Source: Syntrophaceae bacterium UBA4059 (GTDB taxonomy: Bacteria; Desulfobacterota; Syntrophia; Syntrophales; Smithellaceae). From it: a stretch of 53,287 bases of DNA. Below the pieces are notes generated by a model. The model saw only the letters and a program-made list of their open reading frames with translations. It was not told where the DNA came from and searched no databases. The stretch's first letter is position 1. The number at the start of each line of letters is the position of its first letter. Shown one piece after another: positions 1 through 9,425 of the stretch. Location: contig DFZJ01000125.1 in NCBI GenBank assembly GCA_002382045.1, positions 1 to 53,287 of the forward strand, read 5' to 3'. Position numbers and translations under genes: made by a program.

Positions 1-29
1 TGGAGGTTCTTTATATCTACTTTTTTAAC

Positions 30-1655
30 CTATGTAAAGGGTAAGTTGTTGGCAGAAACTCTCTGCAATCCCAGTTTTGCGTTCATTTTGTATCGATTTC
101 CGCACTGCGGGCATTGGTGTTTTGCATTCAGTTTGTATCCGCACTGGCATATCCAGCCGGTCTGGCGGGCGGGGTTGCCGGCCATCAGGGCATGAGCGGG
201 AACATCCCTGGTGATGACCGCGCCGGCGGCGACGAAGGCATAGCTGCCGATGGTGTGGCCGCAAACAATCGTGGCGTTGGCGCCCAGTGTTGCCCCCTTT
301 TTAACCCGTGTGGTTTTGATTTCCGACATTCGCCGGATTTCCGCTCTCGGATTGATGACATTGGTGAAAACAACCGACGGGCCGCAGAATACGGCTTCCT
401 CCAATGTTACGCCTTTATACACGGAAACATTGTTTTGAATTTTACAGCCGTCGCCGATGGTGACATCGGGACCGATCACTACATTCTGTCCGATCGAACA
501 GTTCTTGCCGATCATGGAATTGGCAAGAACATGGGAAGAATGCCAGATTTTGGTGTCTGCGCCGATTTCCACCCCTTCATCAATGACTGCGGTTGGATGG
601 ACAAAGACGGATGCGGGATTTTTCCCGGCCGACGCCGTATTTTTCTGCAAATCAATTCTCAGACCGTTGGCATCAAGAGAACGTTCCGCCGCATTTAAAA
701 CCCGGAGAACCCGCAAACCTTCCGCTCCGTCGGTCAGCGCCGGTTTCCCCTCACGAACGCACTTTATGAAATGCTGACATTCAAGTTTCAGCGGTTCGGC
801 GCAGGGGACAACAACGCGCTCGGGAGTGCCTCTGGTCGGGACGGGAATATTATGATCCCATTTGACGGAATGCGGATAGACCAGCAGCTTTTCCTCCCAA
901 GGCAGAGTGTCGTCAAAAACAGCCATTTTATGATCACCCACCACGACCAGCTTCTGATCTTTAAAGGGATGCAGCCAGGAGACAAAAACATGGGCTTTGA
1001 GACCGGAAGAAAATTCCAGATGGGTTGTGGTCACGTCGGCGATTTTTTTGTGCAGGTAGTTTCCGCCTGTTGCCATAACGCTTTCCGGTTCTTCTCCCGC
1101 CAGAGAAAGGATCATCGAAATATCATGCGGCGCGAAAGACCACAGAATATTTTCTTCCCGGCGAATCTTGCCCAGGTTCAGACGGTGCGAATAAATATAA
1201 TGGATGCGGCCCAGTTTGCCTGCGGAGGCGATTTGCTTGAGCTTCACAAAGACAGGATGATGCTGGAGGAGGTGGCCGACCATTAAAATCAAATTCTGTT
1301 TTGTCGCCAGCGCAATCAGTTCTTCAGCATCTTTTTCCGTCAACGTCATCGGCTTTTCCACAAACACATGCTTGCCCGAAAGCAGCGCCTCCCTTGCCAG
1401 CAAAAAATGTGTTTCCGCGGGTGTGGCGATGACCACGGCTTCTATCTTTGGATGCGACAGAACATCTTTCAGTGAGGCGTAACAATCACAAGAAGGATAA
1501 AGCTTGCGCATTTCGTTCAAGACGGATGCGCGCTTATCGCTGAGGGCGCAAAGCGCGTGAAGCCCGGAAAAGTTGCGGATGAGATTTCGGCCCCAGTTGC
1601 CGGCTCCGATAACGGCGATGTTTTGATTTTTCACAGGAGATTTTTTTGCCATCAC
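30..1655 (-). CDS. Fusion protein: Gfo/Idh/MocA-family sugar-nucleotide oxidoreductase (WbpB-like) + left-handed beta-helix N-acetyltransferase (WbpD-like)
   Basis: 541-aa ORF. N-terminal Rossmann motif [12 protein letters not shown] with a Gfo/Idh/MocA-like body (aa ~10-330). Then a hexapeptide-repeat region ([25 protein letters not shown]...NVSVYKGV...GNPARQTGW) ending in CxC..CxxC. GTG at 1655 or ATG at 1652 overlaps the stop codon (1652-1654) of the upstream GT2 gene. Confidence 0.7.
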   Translation of the reverse strand: MMAKKSPVKNQNIAVIGAGNWGRNLIRNFSGLHALCALSDKRASVLNEMRKLYPSCDCYASLKDVLSHPKIEAVVIATPAETHFLLAREALLSGKHVFVEKPMTLTEKDAEELIALATKQNLILMVGHLLQHHPVFVKLKQIASAGKLGRIHYIYSHRLNLGKIRREENILWSFAPHDISMILSLAGEEPESVMATGGNYLHKKIADVTTTHLEFSSGLKAHVFVSWLHPFKDQKLVVVGDHKMAVFDDTLPWEEKLLVYPHSVKWDHNIPVPTRGTPERVVVPCAEPLKLECQHFIKCVREGKPALTDGAEGLRVLRVLNAAERSLDANGLRIDLQKNTASAGKNPASVFVHPTAVIDEGVEIGADTKIWHSSHVLANSMIGKNCSIGQNVVIGPDVTIGDGCKIQNNVSVYKGVTLEEAVFCGPSVVFTNVINPRAEIRRMSEIKTTRVKKGATLGANATIVCGHTIGSYAFVAAGAVITRDVPAHALMAGNPARQTGWICQCGYKLNAKHQCPQCGNRYKMNAKLGLQRVSANNLPFT

Positions 1656-2764
1656 GATTTGTATAGCCTTTCGTTATCCTGAATATCCATCCACATGGCG
1701 AACAGAAGCGATTGAAAACTGCTGGTAAACAAAAAGAAGAATGCCAGCATCGTGGTGGGTGAAACGGTTGCGCCGGAAAGGGTATGCGTCAATACCTTGA
1801 GGCCGTAAGGCAAAGCCATGATGCCGACCACGATGGCAAAGTGATAAAGCAGGAAAAGCGGGTGAAAATCGCGGAAGAGATATTTCAACCATAGCCTTTT
1901 AAAGAAGCTTTTGAAAAGCAGCCAGGCGATCCGGGGAATGACTTTATGAACTTTCATTTTGGACGTTTCACCGATGTCGTAAACCGGCTTGATTTTGATT
2001 TCCTTGATCGTGCAAAAGGCGATGTTCAATTTAACCAGCATGTCATTGGGCATGCCGTAAGCATGATAAATATCATGAATTTTGATAGCGTTTAATGCCG
2101 CTAAAGAAATGGCGGTATATCCGCTTTGTGTATCGGAGACGTGCCAGTATCCGGAGGCGATCTTGGTCAGGATCGACAGCATGGAATTGCCGAAGAAGCG
2201 GATTTTGGGGATAATCAGACGGGCGCTGCCATGAATCAGCCGGTTTCCTTTTACATAGTCGATGTCCTCGGACAAAACAGGTTTGCAGATATTTTCCAGT
2301 TCTGAAGGATCCATCTGACCGTCGCCCGCCATAACCGCCGTGCAATCGATTTTATGATCCAGACACCATTTGTAGCCCCGGGCGATGGACGCGCCGACGC
2401 CGCCGTTTTGTAGATGATTGATGAGAATAACCCGGTCGGTCGCGGGATAGGTATTGGCGATTTCAGACGGAATATAATGCCGCATGTCGTCTTGTTGCTT
2501 TTCCTTCAGCAGCTTTTCCGCCCGGTCGTATTGATCGCCGTCTGCTTCAACCTTGTCTGGAACGATGATTTTTCCGATGGCGCGGTCTTCTTTGATATAA
2601 GACAGCACAACGCCGGCGGTATTGTCCGTTGAACAGTCGTTGACCACAATAATGCGGTCAACAAAATGGGGCATGGTCCGCAGGACGCGATCGATTTGTT
2701 TTGCCTCATTATAGGCCGGCACAACAACAGCAACTGTTTTGTTAAGTAACATCGAAGGCCCCAC
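1652..2764 (-). CDS. Family-2 glycosyltransferase with hydrophobic C-terminal region (GtrB/ArnC/DPM1-like polyprenyl-phosphate glycosyltransferase type)
   Basis: 370-aa ORF. GT2 signature [12 protein letters not shown]...[12 protein letters not shown] and an acidic AGDGQMD motif. The C-terminal third is hydrophobic ([22 protein letters not shown]..., [19 protein letters not shown]). GTG start at 2764; alternative ATG at 2752. Confidence 0.7.
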   Translation of the reverse strand: MGPSMLLNKTVAVVVPAYNEAKQIDRVLRTMPHFVDRIIVVNDCSTDNTAGVVLSYIKEDRAIGKIIVPDKVEADGDQYDRAEKLLKEKQQDDMRHYIPSEIANTYPATDRVILINHLQNGGVGASIARGYKWCLDHKIDCTAVMAGDGQMDPSELENICKPVLSEDIDYVKGNRLIHGSARLIIPKIRFFGNSMLSILTKIASGYWHVSDTQSGYTAISLAALNAIKIHDIYHAYGMPNDMLVKLNIAFCTIKEIKIKPVYDIGETSKMKVHKVIPRIAWLLFKSFFKRLWLKYLFRDFHPLFLLYHFAIVVGIMALPYGLKVLTHTLSGATVSPTTMLAFFFLFTSSFQSLLFAMWMDIQDNERLYKS

Positions 2765-3124
2765 GGAATTGTGTTCGCAACCGACTATTTCTACTTTTCA
2801 TTTTCTTGATACAAAAGATCAATATCATCCATATTTCTGAAAGCATATATCTTTTATAATCAGCAATATCAAGTGATATGATCATTTGCGATGAAGAAGA
2901 AAAATCAGTCTGCCATCAAATGATGGAAAGGCAATTGACAGTGCTTCCGGTCCAAGGAAATGGCGTCGTTGATGTCAGTTTTTTCATTCGGGCGGCGATA
3001 TGGCCATCTACAATGTCTATATTTTTATCTTCGCAATAATCCGGCCCCTGGCCATAAGTCCGGTTTATTCCTTTGACTTTATCATTAAAAGAACATAATA
3101 TTGATAAAAATTAAGGAGAAGGTT

Positions 3125-3397
3125 ATGCCGCTCATTAAGCCCATTTCAGACCTGCGAAACAAGGCCAATGACATTTCCCGATTGGCGCATCAATCCGATG
3201 AGCCGATATTTATTACCAAAAATGGCAATGGTGATATGGTGGTTATGTCTCTGGCCCATTACAGCAAGCTGCAGATGAAGCTGGATTTATTCAGCAAGCT
3301 TGCAGTGGCCCAATCGCAAAAAGCGGCGGGTGATCAGGGCAAAACCCTTTCCGAAGTCATGAAAGATATGCGCAGGCTGATCCATGAAGCAACCTGA
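3125..3397 (+). CDS. Type II antitoxin, Phd/YefM family
   Basis: MPLIKPISDLRNKANDISRLAHQSDEPIFITKNGNGDMVVMSLAHYSKL is a typical Phd/YefM N-terminus. AAGGAG lies 6-7 nt upstream of ATG 3125 (the track ORF starts at TTG 3101). 14-nt overlap with the downstream toxin gene. Confidence 0.8.
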   Translation: MPLIKPISDLRNKANDISRLAHQSDEPIFITKNGNGDMVVMSLAHYSKLQMKLDLFSKLAVAQSQKAAGDQGKTLSEVMKDMRRLIHEAT

Positions 3398-3692
3398 GTA
3401 CGAAATCCGTTTATTACAGGTGGCCGGGGATGATCTAAGGGAAATTATCAACTATATTGCCCTTGATAACCCTGTCGCCGCGATAACTTTGCTGGACAAA
3501 ATCGAAAACAGCTTGTCGGGCCTTATCTCTTTTCCTTTGCCGGGAAAAATTCCCGCCGAAGAAGCATTGGCCGGCATGGGTTATCGCTTCCTCGCGGTGA
3601 GTAATTATCTGGTTTTTTATACCGTTGAGGAAAAGATCATCTGGGTGCATCGAATCATTCATGGCGTCCGAAATTACATCAATTTGCTTTGA
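3384..3692 (+). CDS. Type II toxin, ParE/RelE superfamily
   Basis: 102-aa ORF overlapping the antitoxin stop. The size, gene order and C-terminal IIWVHRIIHGVRNY pattern are typical of ParE/RelE toxins. Confidence 0.72.
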   Translation: MKQPEYEIRLLQVAGDDLREIINYIALDNPVAAITLLDKIENSLSGLISFPLPGKIPAEEALAGMGYRFLAVSNYLVFYTVEEKIIWVHRIIHGVRNYINLL

Positions 3693-3705
3693 CAGGGAGG
3701 TTTGT

Positions 3706-5208
3706 GTGAATATTACGGTTAAAAAGGGAAGTCTTGCCGAGGTCAAAACGGGGGCCATTATTTTGGCTTTTTGTGCAGGGGAGAAAAAGCTGTCCGGTCC
3801 GGCGGCGGTGATCAACCAAAAAAGCGGCGGACTGCTGAGTGATCTTATAAAAAGCGGTGATTTTGAGGCCAAGCCGTCTCAGGTATCCGTCATTTACACC
3901 AAAGATTCCATGCCGGCCAAAAGAATTGCACTGGTCGGCCTGGGTAAGAAAAGTGAATTAAACCTGGAAAAAATTCGCAATGCTTTTGCCAGGGTCATGC
4001 AGCATTTGCGCGGGTTGAATATCAAAGATGCGGCGACAGCCATGGATTGGAACCTTCTGCCGGATCAGAAAGAAAAAATCATTGCGGCGGTGGCCGAAGG
4101 GGCAATCCTGGGTCAGTATCAATATACGCCTTACAAAACAGTCAGCCGCGACGAGCTCAAAGAAATGCGGCTGCTGGAAATTGCCGCTGAGTCAAAAGAT
4201 TATCCGTTAGTTCTGGATGAAATCAAAAAAACGAACATCATTGCGAGCGCGGTTTATTTTACCCGCGATCTCGTTTCAGCCCCGGCCAATGAAATGACGC
4301 CATCAATGATGGCCGAACAGGCCGTGAAAATCGCCAAAAGAAAAAATGTATCCTGCCGTGTGCTGGATAAGGGGAAAATGAAAGTGCTGGGCATGAACGC
4401 CCTCTTGGGCGTAGCGGCAGGCACTCATCAACCGCCAAAACTCATTGTTCTGGAATACACAGGCGGGAAAAAAGGCGATGCGCCGATTGCGCTGGTGGGT
4501 AAGGGTCTGACCTTCGACAGCGGCGGCATTTCCATCAAGCCTGCGGAAAAAATGGACGAAATGAAAACAGATATGTCCGGCGGCGCAGCGGTTATGGCCA
4601 TTATCAGGGCAGCGGCCGATCTCCGATTACCAATTAACCTTGTCGGCATTGTGCCGGCGACGGAAAACATGCCCGGCGGCGGCGCTTTGAAACCGGGCGA
4701 TATTTTAAAATCGTATTCCGGTCAGACCATTGAGGTGCTCAATACGGACGCCGAAGGACGTCTGATTTTATCTGACGCCCTGTTCTATGCATCCAAATAT
4801 AAACCGGCTGCCATCATTGATATTGCCACTCTGACCGGCGGATGTGTTGTGGCGCTGGGTGAAGATGTGATCGGCATGATGGGAACGGATGATCAGATCA
4901 AAAAAGAACTCCATCAGGCGGCGAAGACCACCGGCGAACTGGTCTGGGAATTGCCCCTCTGGGATCATTATTCTGAATTGATAAAAAGCGATATTGCCGA
5001 TTATAAAAACAGCGCCGGACGCCTGGCAAGCCCGATCACGGGAGCGGCATTTCTGGGCAAATTTGTCGGAGGCTATCCCTGGGTGCATCTGGATATCGCC
5101 GGGCCTGCCTGGACAAGTAAGGATAAGGCCTATATTCCCAAAGGCGCGTCGGGTGTGACCGTGCGATTGCTTGTGGAATTTTTAAGACAACGTATAGTGA
5201 AAATGTAG
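3706..5208 (+). CDS. pepA: Leucyl aminopeptidase (M17 family)
   Basis: M17 motifs: VGKGLTFDSGGISIKP, MKTDMSGGAAV, NTDAEGRLILSDAL. GTG 3706 is preceded by GGGAGG (3695-3700). The track ORF start at 3625 would overlap parE by 68 nt. Confidence 0.85.
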   Translation: MNITVKKGSLAEVKTGAIILAFCAGEKKLSGPAAVINQKSGGLLSDLIKSGDFEAKPSQVSVIYTKDSMPAKRIALVGLGKKSELNLEKIRNAFARVMQHLRGLNIKDAATAMDWNLLPDQKEKIIAAVAEGAILGQYQYTPYKTVSRDELKEMRLLEIAAESKDYPLVLDEIKKTNIIASAVYFTRDLVSAPANEMTPSMMAEQAVKIAKRKNVSCRVLDKGKMKVLGMNALLGVAAGTHQPPKLIVLEYTGGKKGDAPIALVGKGLTFDSGGISIKPAEKMDEMKTDMSGGAAVMAIIRAAADLRLPINLVGIVPATENMPGGGALKPGDILKSYSGQTIEVLNTDAEGRLILSDALFYASKYKPAAIIDIATLTGGCVVALGEDVIGMMGTDDQIKKELHQAAKTTGELVWELPLWDHYSELIKSDIADYKNSAGRLASPITGAAFLGKFVGGYPWVHLDIAGPAWTSKDKAYIPKGASGVTVRLLVEFLRQRIVKM

Positions 5209-5263
5209 TGTGGACATTTATGTCCGCACTGCCTGCGGGTTTATCAGCGGGTTTAAAACCCGC
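5208..5263. repeat. REP-like palindromic element pair in the pepA/ATPase spacer
   Basis: Hairpin GTGTGGACAT-TT-ATGTCCGCAC (5208-5229). Direct repeat GCGGGTTTA at 5235 and 5247. Palindrome GCGGGTTTAAAACCCGC (5247-5263). Confidence 0.5.
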
Positions 5264-5289
5264 GCGACACTTTATGGTGAAAAATTAGA

Positions 5290-6306
5290 ATGCAGCCGCT
5301 TCTGGACATTAAAAATTTAAAGACGGTATTTTCAACCGCCAAAGGCGTCATCAAGGCGGTTGACGGCGTTTCTCTGTCTTTAAACGCCGGTGAAACGCTG
5401 GGTATTGTGGGAGAATCCGGCTGCGGCAAAACCATGCTGGCGCTTTCGGTGATGCGGCTGATTCCGGGGAGTGGTCAAATAGCCGAAGGCCAGGTGTTTT
5501 TCGATGGTCAGGATTTGTTGTCATTATCCGAAGAGGCGATGCGGGAAAAACGGGGCAGGGATATCGCCATGATCTTTCAGGAGCCGATGACATCGCTCAA
5601 TCCCGTCTTGCGTGTAGGCGAACAGATTGCGGAGGCGATCCGCCTGCACCAGCATGTTTCGGCAAAAGAAGCATTGACGTTGAGTGAGAAGCTTTTAGGA
5701 GAAGTCGGCATTGCCGAACCCGCAAGAAGGGTGAAAGATTATCCTCATCAACTCAGCGGCGGCATGCGCCAACGTGTCATGATTGCCATGGCCATGTCCT
5801 GTCACCCCCAATTGCTGCTGGCTGATGAACCGACCACGGCGCTGGATGTGACCATTCAGGCCCAGATTCTGAATTTGATTTCCGATCTGAAAGAAAAGAA
5901 CCATATGGCGGTTATTCTGATCACGCACGATCTGGGGATAGTCGCCGAAGCAGCGCAAAAGGTTGCGGTCATGTATGCGGGCAAGGTTGTGGAAACCGCG
6001 AATGTTGAAAAAATATTTGCACGTCCGCTGCATCCTTACACGCTCGGATTGATTGAGTCCCGCCCCTCCGCATGTTCTTATGGAGAGACGTCGGGCGAAG
6101 CCTATTTAAAGACCATACCGGGAACGGTTCCCAGTCTCTACGATCTTCCATCCGGCTGCCGATTTTCTGCGCGCTGCAACCGGGTTGAGGACGTATGCCG
6201 CGCCTCTGAACCGGAATTGATGGAAATTGAAGAAGGTCATTTTGCGGCCTGCTTCATCGCTATGAAAGAAAAAGCCCGTCATTGCGAGCAGAGCGAAGCA
6301 ATCTAA
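5290..6306 (+). CDS. Oligopeptide/dipeptide-type ABC transporter ATP-binding protein (OppD/DppD-like)
   Basis: Walker A GESGCGKT, signature LSGGMRQR, Walker B LLLADEPTTALD. C-terminal oligopeptide-type extension (LHPYTLGLIES). The last ~12 aa (ARHCEQSEAI) are read from a REP-like repeat. Confidence 0.85.
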   Translation: MQPLLDIKNLKTVFSTAKGVIKAVDGVSLSLNAGETLGIVGESGCGKTMLALSVMRLIPGSGQIAEGQVFFDGQDLLSLSEEAMREKRGRDIAMIFQEPMTSLNPVLRVGEQIAEAIRLHQHVSAKEALTLSEKLLGEVGIAEPARRVKDYPHQLSGGMRQRVMIAMAMSCHPQLLLADEPTTALDVTIQAQILNLISDLKEKNHMAVILITHDLGIVAEAAQKVAVMYAGKVVETANVEKIFARPLHPYTLGLIESRPSACSYGETSGEAYLKTIPGTVPSLYDLPSGCRFSARCNRVEDVCRASEPELMEIEEGHFAACFIAMKEKARHCEQSEAI

Positions 6307-6347
6307 ATACATGAGATTACCACGACGCCTGAGAGGCGTCTCGTAAT
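6280..6347. repeat. REP-like element (CATTGCGAGCAGAGCGAAGCAATC followed by a long imperfect hairpin)
   Basis: ATTGC...GCAAT inverted pair at 6281-6302. Imperfect ~16-bp hairpin ATTACCACGACGCCT-GAG-AGGCGTCTCGTAAT at 6316-6347. It resembles the HCE.SEAI / ..RND.. type repeats that are often mistranslated in genome annotations (from memory). Confidence 0.45.
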
Positions 6348-6365
6348 GACCCACAAGAGGAATTT

Positions 6366-7334
6366 ATGACGTCTGTTTTGATCGATATTCAAAAACTGGA
6401 AAAAAAATTCATCCTGGGCGGCGGATTTCTGGAAGACCGGCCAAGGATTGTCCGGGCAGTGGATGGTATTGATCTGCAAATCTTTGAGGGAGAAACGCTG
6501 GGGCTGGTGGGAGAATCCGGCTGCGGCAAATCCACGCTGGCGCGTTTGTTGATGAGACTGGAGGAACCGGATGCGGGCAGTGCATCTTTTAAAGATCAAA
6601 ATATTTTTGCGCTTTCTTCAAAAGATCTAAAAGCCTACCGTCGCCGCGTACAAATGATTTTTCAGGATCCGTATTCTTCACTCAACCCTCGAAAATCAGC
6701 CATCAGTATCATTCAGGAGCCGCTGACGATTCATCGGATTGCGGGTCGTGAGCAAAACAGGGAAACGGCACGCAAGCTGATGACCAAAGTCGGTTTGAGC
6801 GAGGAGCAGGCCGGCCGTTATCCGCATGAATTCAGCGGCGGACAAAGGCAGCGCATCGGCATCGCACGGGCACTGGCGCTTCAGCCCGCGCTGGTGATTG
6901 CCGACGAACCGGTATCCGCTCTTGATGCGTCGATTCAGGCGCAAATATTAAACCTGCTCAAAGATTTAAAAAAAGATTTCGGATTGACTTATTTGTTTGT
7001 CTCTCACGATCTCAATGTCATTCGCCATGTCTCGGATCGGATTGCCGTGATGTATTTGGGACGCATTGTCGAACTGGCGGATACAAAGGATCTGTATGAA
7101 ACACCGCTGCATCCCTATACGCGAATGCTGCTGGCGGCCATGCCGTCGTGCGATCTGCAAGTAAAAAACAAAAAGATGACCATTCGCGGTGAAGCAGGCC
7201 AGACGGATGGTTATGGCTGCAACTTCAAGAATCGCTGCTCCTTTAAAATAGCGGTTTGTGAAGGGGTAACCCCGCAACTTCAGACCTATCGTGAAAGGGG
7301 ATGGTGCGCCTGTCATCGTGCGGGCGAGATTTAA
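6366..7334 (+). CDS. Oligopeptide/dipeptide-type ABC transporter ATP-binding protein (OppF/DppF-like)
   Basis: Walker [10 protein letters not shown], signature FSGGQRQR, Walker [14 protein letters not shown]-terminal LHPYTRMLL motif and a Cys-rich tail. Confidence 0.85.
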   Translation: MTSVLIDIQKLEKKFILGGGFLEDRPRIVRAVDGIDLQIFEGETLGLVGESGCGKSTLARLLMRLEEPDAGSASFKDQNIFALSSKDLKAYRRRVQMIFQDPYSSLNPRKSAISIIQEPLTIHRIAGREQNRETARKLMTKVGLSEEQAGRYPHEFSGGQRQRIGIARALALQPALVIADEPVSALDASIQAQILNLLKDLKKDFGLTYLFVSHDLNVIRHVSDRIAVMYLGRIVELADTKDLYETPLHPYTRMLLAAMPSCDLQVKNKKMTIRGEAGQTDGYGCNFKNRCSFKIAVCEGVTPQLQTYRERGWCACHRAGEI

Positions 7335-7335
7335 T

Positions 7336-7364
7336 GCAGGGAACGGTTTTAAACCGTTCCCTGC
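7336..7364. repeat. Perfect 29-nt palindrome (stem-loop) directly after the second ATPase gene
   Basis: GCAGGGAACGGTTT-T-AAACCGTTCCCTGC starts 2 nt after the TAA stop. No T-run follows, so it is not a canonical terminator. Its GGTTTTAAACC centre resembles the 5247-5263 palindrome. Confidence 0.55.
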
Positions 7365-7387
7365 TGACACATGATGGAACCACCGCT

Positions 7388-8008
7388 ATGTTTAAAGAAG
7401 AAAAAGTATATTGGAAAAATGGAAATCTTACCGGTGAAGGACTCTGGAGCAGGAATGCGGGTTCCGACGGTGTGGTGATTTGTCATCCGCATCCCCTGAT
7501 GGGCGGGTCCATGGATAACAATGTTGTGGAAGCCATCCGGGATGCATTTTCATCCTGCGGCTATTCCACCTTGCGCTTTAACTTTCGCGGGGCTGGGGGA
7601 AGCACGGGCCGTTATGACGAGGGCAGGGGAGAAAAACAGGATATTTTGTCGGCCTGTGCATTTATCAAAAATCAAGGCGTCGAAAAAATAGTTCTGGCCG
7701 GCTATTCCTTCGGGGCGTGGGTTTGCTGCCGGTTATTGAAAGATCAACCGTCTGATTTCGCTTCGGTCATTTTAATATCTCCCCCGCAAAAATACTTTGC
7801 ATTTGACTGGACTGGTCTGGATCATGCCGTGGCGTTAATGGTATGCGGAGACAGCGATCAATTCTGTGATGTTGATGAATTAAGAACCGGCGCGGATAAA
7901 ATTCATGCCCGACTGGCCATTCTTGAGGCGACGGATCATTTTTATGCCGGAAAAGAAGAACGATTGACCCAGTATTTAAATCAATATATTCATGAAAAAA
8001 AAGCTTGA
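7388..8008 (+). CDS. Alpha/beta-superfamily hydrolase (COG2945-like)
   Basis: HPHPLMGGSMDNNVV...RFNFRGAGGSTGRYDEGRGE pattern and GYSFGAW nucleophile elbow. ATG 7388 was chosen because the track ORF start (7301) runs through the palindrome and the oppF-like 3' end. Confidence 0.7.
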   Translation: MFKEEKVYWKNGNLTGEGLWSRNAGSDGVVICHPHPLMGGSMDNNVVEAIRDAFSSCGYSTLRFNFRGAGGSTGRYDEGRGEKQDILSACAFIKNQGVEKIVLAGYSFGAWVCCRLLKDQPSDFASVILISPPQKYFAFDWTGLDHAVALMVCGDSDQFCDVDELRTGADKIHARLAILEATDHFYAGKEERLTQYLNQYIHEKKA

Positions 8009-8237
8009 TTTTAATAAAAATGGTGTTATTCTTCGCTCCAATGTGAGAATTAAAAACACTCACGGGAAAAGAGAGATGGTTTTTTGTTAGGAAATTAGTA
8101 GTGTTTAGATTGTTTTATAAAGTAAAAAATTAACCGCTGAGAATTCTTAAATCAAGAAAAAGAGTTCATGCGGTTTTTTTAGTTTCTGAAGGGCTTAAAC
8201 CTGCAGAAACAAATTTTTGAAAGGGGGACTTTTAGCA

Positions 8238-8438
8238 TTGGCAGAAGGAAAAGTGAAGTGGTTTAACGAGAAGAAGGGGTTTGGTTTTATTGAAAACGAT
8301 GAGGGCGGAGATGTATTTGTACATTATAGTGCCATTTCCGGAACCGGATTCAAAACTCTTTATGAGGGTCAGAGAATTCGTTTCGATGTTGAACAGGGTA
8401 ACAAAGGACCCAGCGCCACCAATGTTCAACCACTATAA
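8238..8438 (+). CDS. Cold-shock protein (CspA family)
   Basis: [29 protein letters not shown] contains the RNP1/RNP2 motifs. The likely start is TTG 8238 after AAAGGGGGA. A long AT-rich 5' region (8009-8237) is typical of csp genes. Confidence 0.85.
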   Translation: MAEGKVKWFNEKKGFGFIENDEGGDVFVHYSAISGTGFKTLYEGQRIRFDVEQGNKGPSATNVQPL

Positions 8439-8466
8439 TCATTCCTATTAATTAACATTAAGCAAA

Positions 8467-8495
8467 ATGCCCCGTTTTGACGGGGCATTTTTTTT
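8467..8495 (+). terminator. Rho-independent terminator of the csp gene
   Basis: Stem ATGCCCCG / CGGGGCAT (8467-8474 / 8481-8488), loop TTTTGA, followed by a run of 8 T. Confidence 0.8.
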
Positions 8496-8513
8496 GAGGA
8501 TGATGAAACGTTC

Positions 8514-9425
8514 ATGAAAAAAAACCTGATTGTCATACTGGGGCCGACGGCATCCGGAAAAACATCGCTTGCCGTCAGGCTGGCTGAGGATTTGCAGGGC
8601 GAAGTGATTTCGGCGGATTCGCGTCAGGTTTACAAGGGAATGGATATCGGCACCGGCAAAGATTTATCCGAGTATCAAATAAACGGCAAAATCATCCCCC
8701 ATCATTTGATTGATGTCCTCGAGCCGGCGAAAGAATTTAATGTATTTGAATTCCAGAAACAATTTTATGACATTTTCAATACCCTGCGGGGAAAACAAAT
8801 CCTGCCTGTTCTGGTCGGGGGAACCGGTCTTTATCTGGAGTCCGTGCTGACGGATTATGTTATGCCGCAAGCCTTGCCGGATGATTGTTTAAGAGCAGAG
8901 CTTGCTGAAAAATCAGTGAATGAACTTCAGGGCATCCTTCTGGCCATGAAATCTGAGCTGCATAACAAAACAGATCTTGAAGACCGGGAACGTCTCATCA
9001 GAAAAATTGAAATTGAAAAAGCCAGAAAAAATCCGTCAGGCGCACAACAGCAAAAACCCGTTATCCATGCCGCAATATTCGGCATCCGCTGGGACATGGA
9101 CACCCTCCGGCGGAGAATTGCCGCCAGGCTCAGCCAAAGGATGGATGAGGGGATGATTGAAGAGGTATCCCGATTGCACCAACAGGGATTATCCTGGGCG
9201 CGACTGGACAGCTTTGGTTTGGAATATCGTTACATCTCCAGGTATCTGAATAATGAACTGGCAAAAGAAGAGATGATGACAAAGCTTCAGATCGCCATCG
9301 GGCAGTTTGCCAAAAGACAAATGACGTGGTTTCGGCGGATGGAAAGAAAAGGTGCGCCCATTTTGTGGATTGACGGAAATGACTATTCTTTCCTGCATCG
9401 CCGTGTCATAGAAACACTGTCATGA
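8514..9425 (+). CDS. miaA: tRNA dimethylallyltransferase
   Basis: N-terminal P-loop ILGPTASGKTSLAVRLA, SADSRQVYKGMDIGTGK, and the typical MiaA length and C-terminal FAKRQMTWFRR motif. Confidence 0.9.
   Translation: MKKNLIVILGPTASGKTSLAVRLAEDLQGEVISADSRQVYKGMDIGTGKDLSEYQINGKIIPHHLIDVLEPAKEFNVFEFQKQFYDIFNTLRGKQILPVLVGGTGLYLESVLTDYVMPQALPDDCLRAELAEKSVNELQGILLAMKSELHNKTDLEDRERLIRKIEIEKARKNPSGAQQQKPVIHAAIFGIRWDMDTLRRRIAARLSQRMDEGMIEEVSRLHQQGLSWARLDSFGLEYRYISRYLNNELAKEEMMTKLQIAIGQFAKRQMTWFRRMERKGAPILWIDGNDYSFLHRRVIETLS

Noticed and set aside
114-698. 194-aa plus-strand ORF (and neighbours 250-438, 457-777, 771-1286) opposite the oxidoreductase/acetyltransferase gene
   Set aside because: These are antisense shadow ORFs. 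The opposite strand has clear Gfo/Idh/MocA and hexapeptide-repeat motifs. These translations are low-complexity (G/A/R-rich) with no recognisable domain.
3625-3705. Upstream extensions of track ORFs: pepA from 3625, hydrolase from 7301, DUF2520 protein to 14718, lytic transglycosylase to 23465, prc from 27058, ybiT from 30244, hlyIII-like to 44661, binding protein from 46195, LivG-like from 47523
   Set aside because: In each case an internal start with a Shine-Dalgarno gives the family-typical N-terminus (signal peptide, Rossmann or P-loop position). The extension would also run through a terminator hairpin, a palindrome, a promoter or the neighbouring gene.
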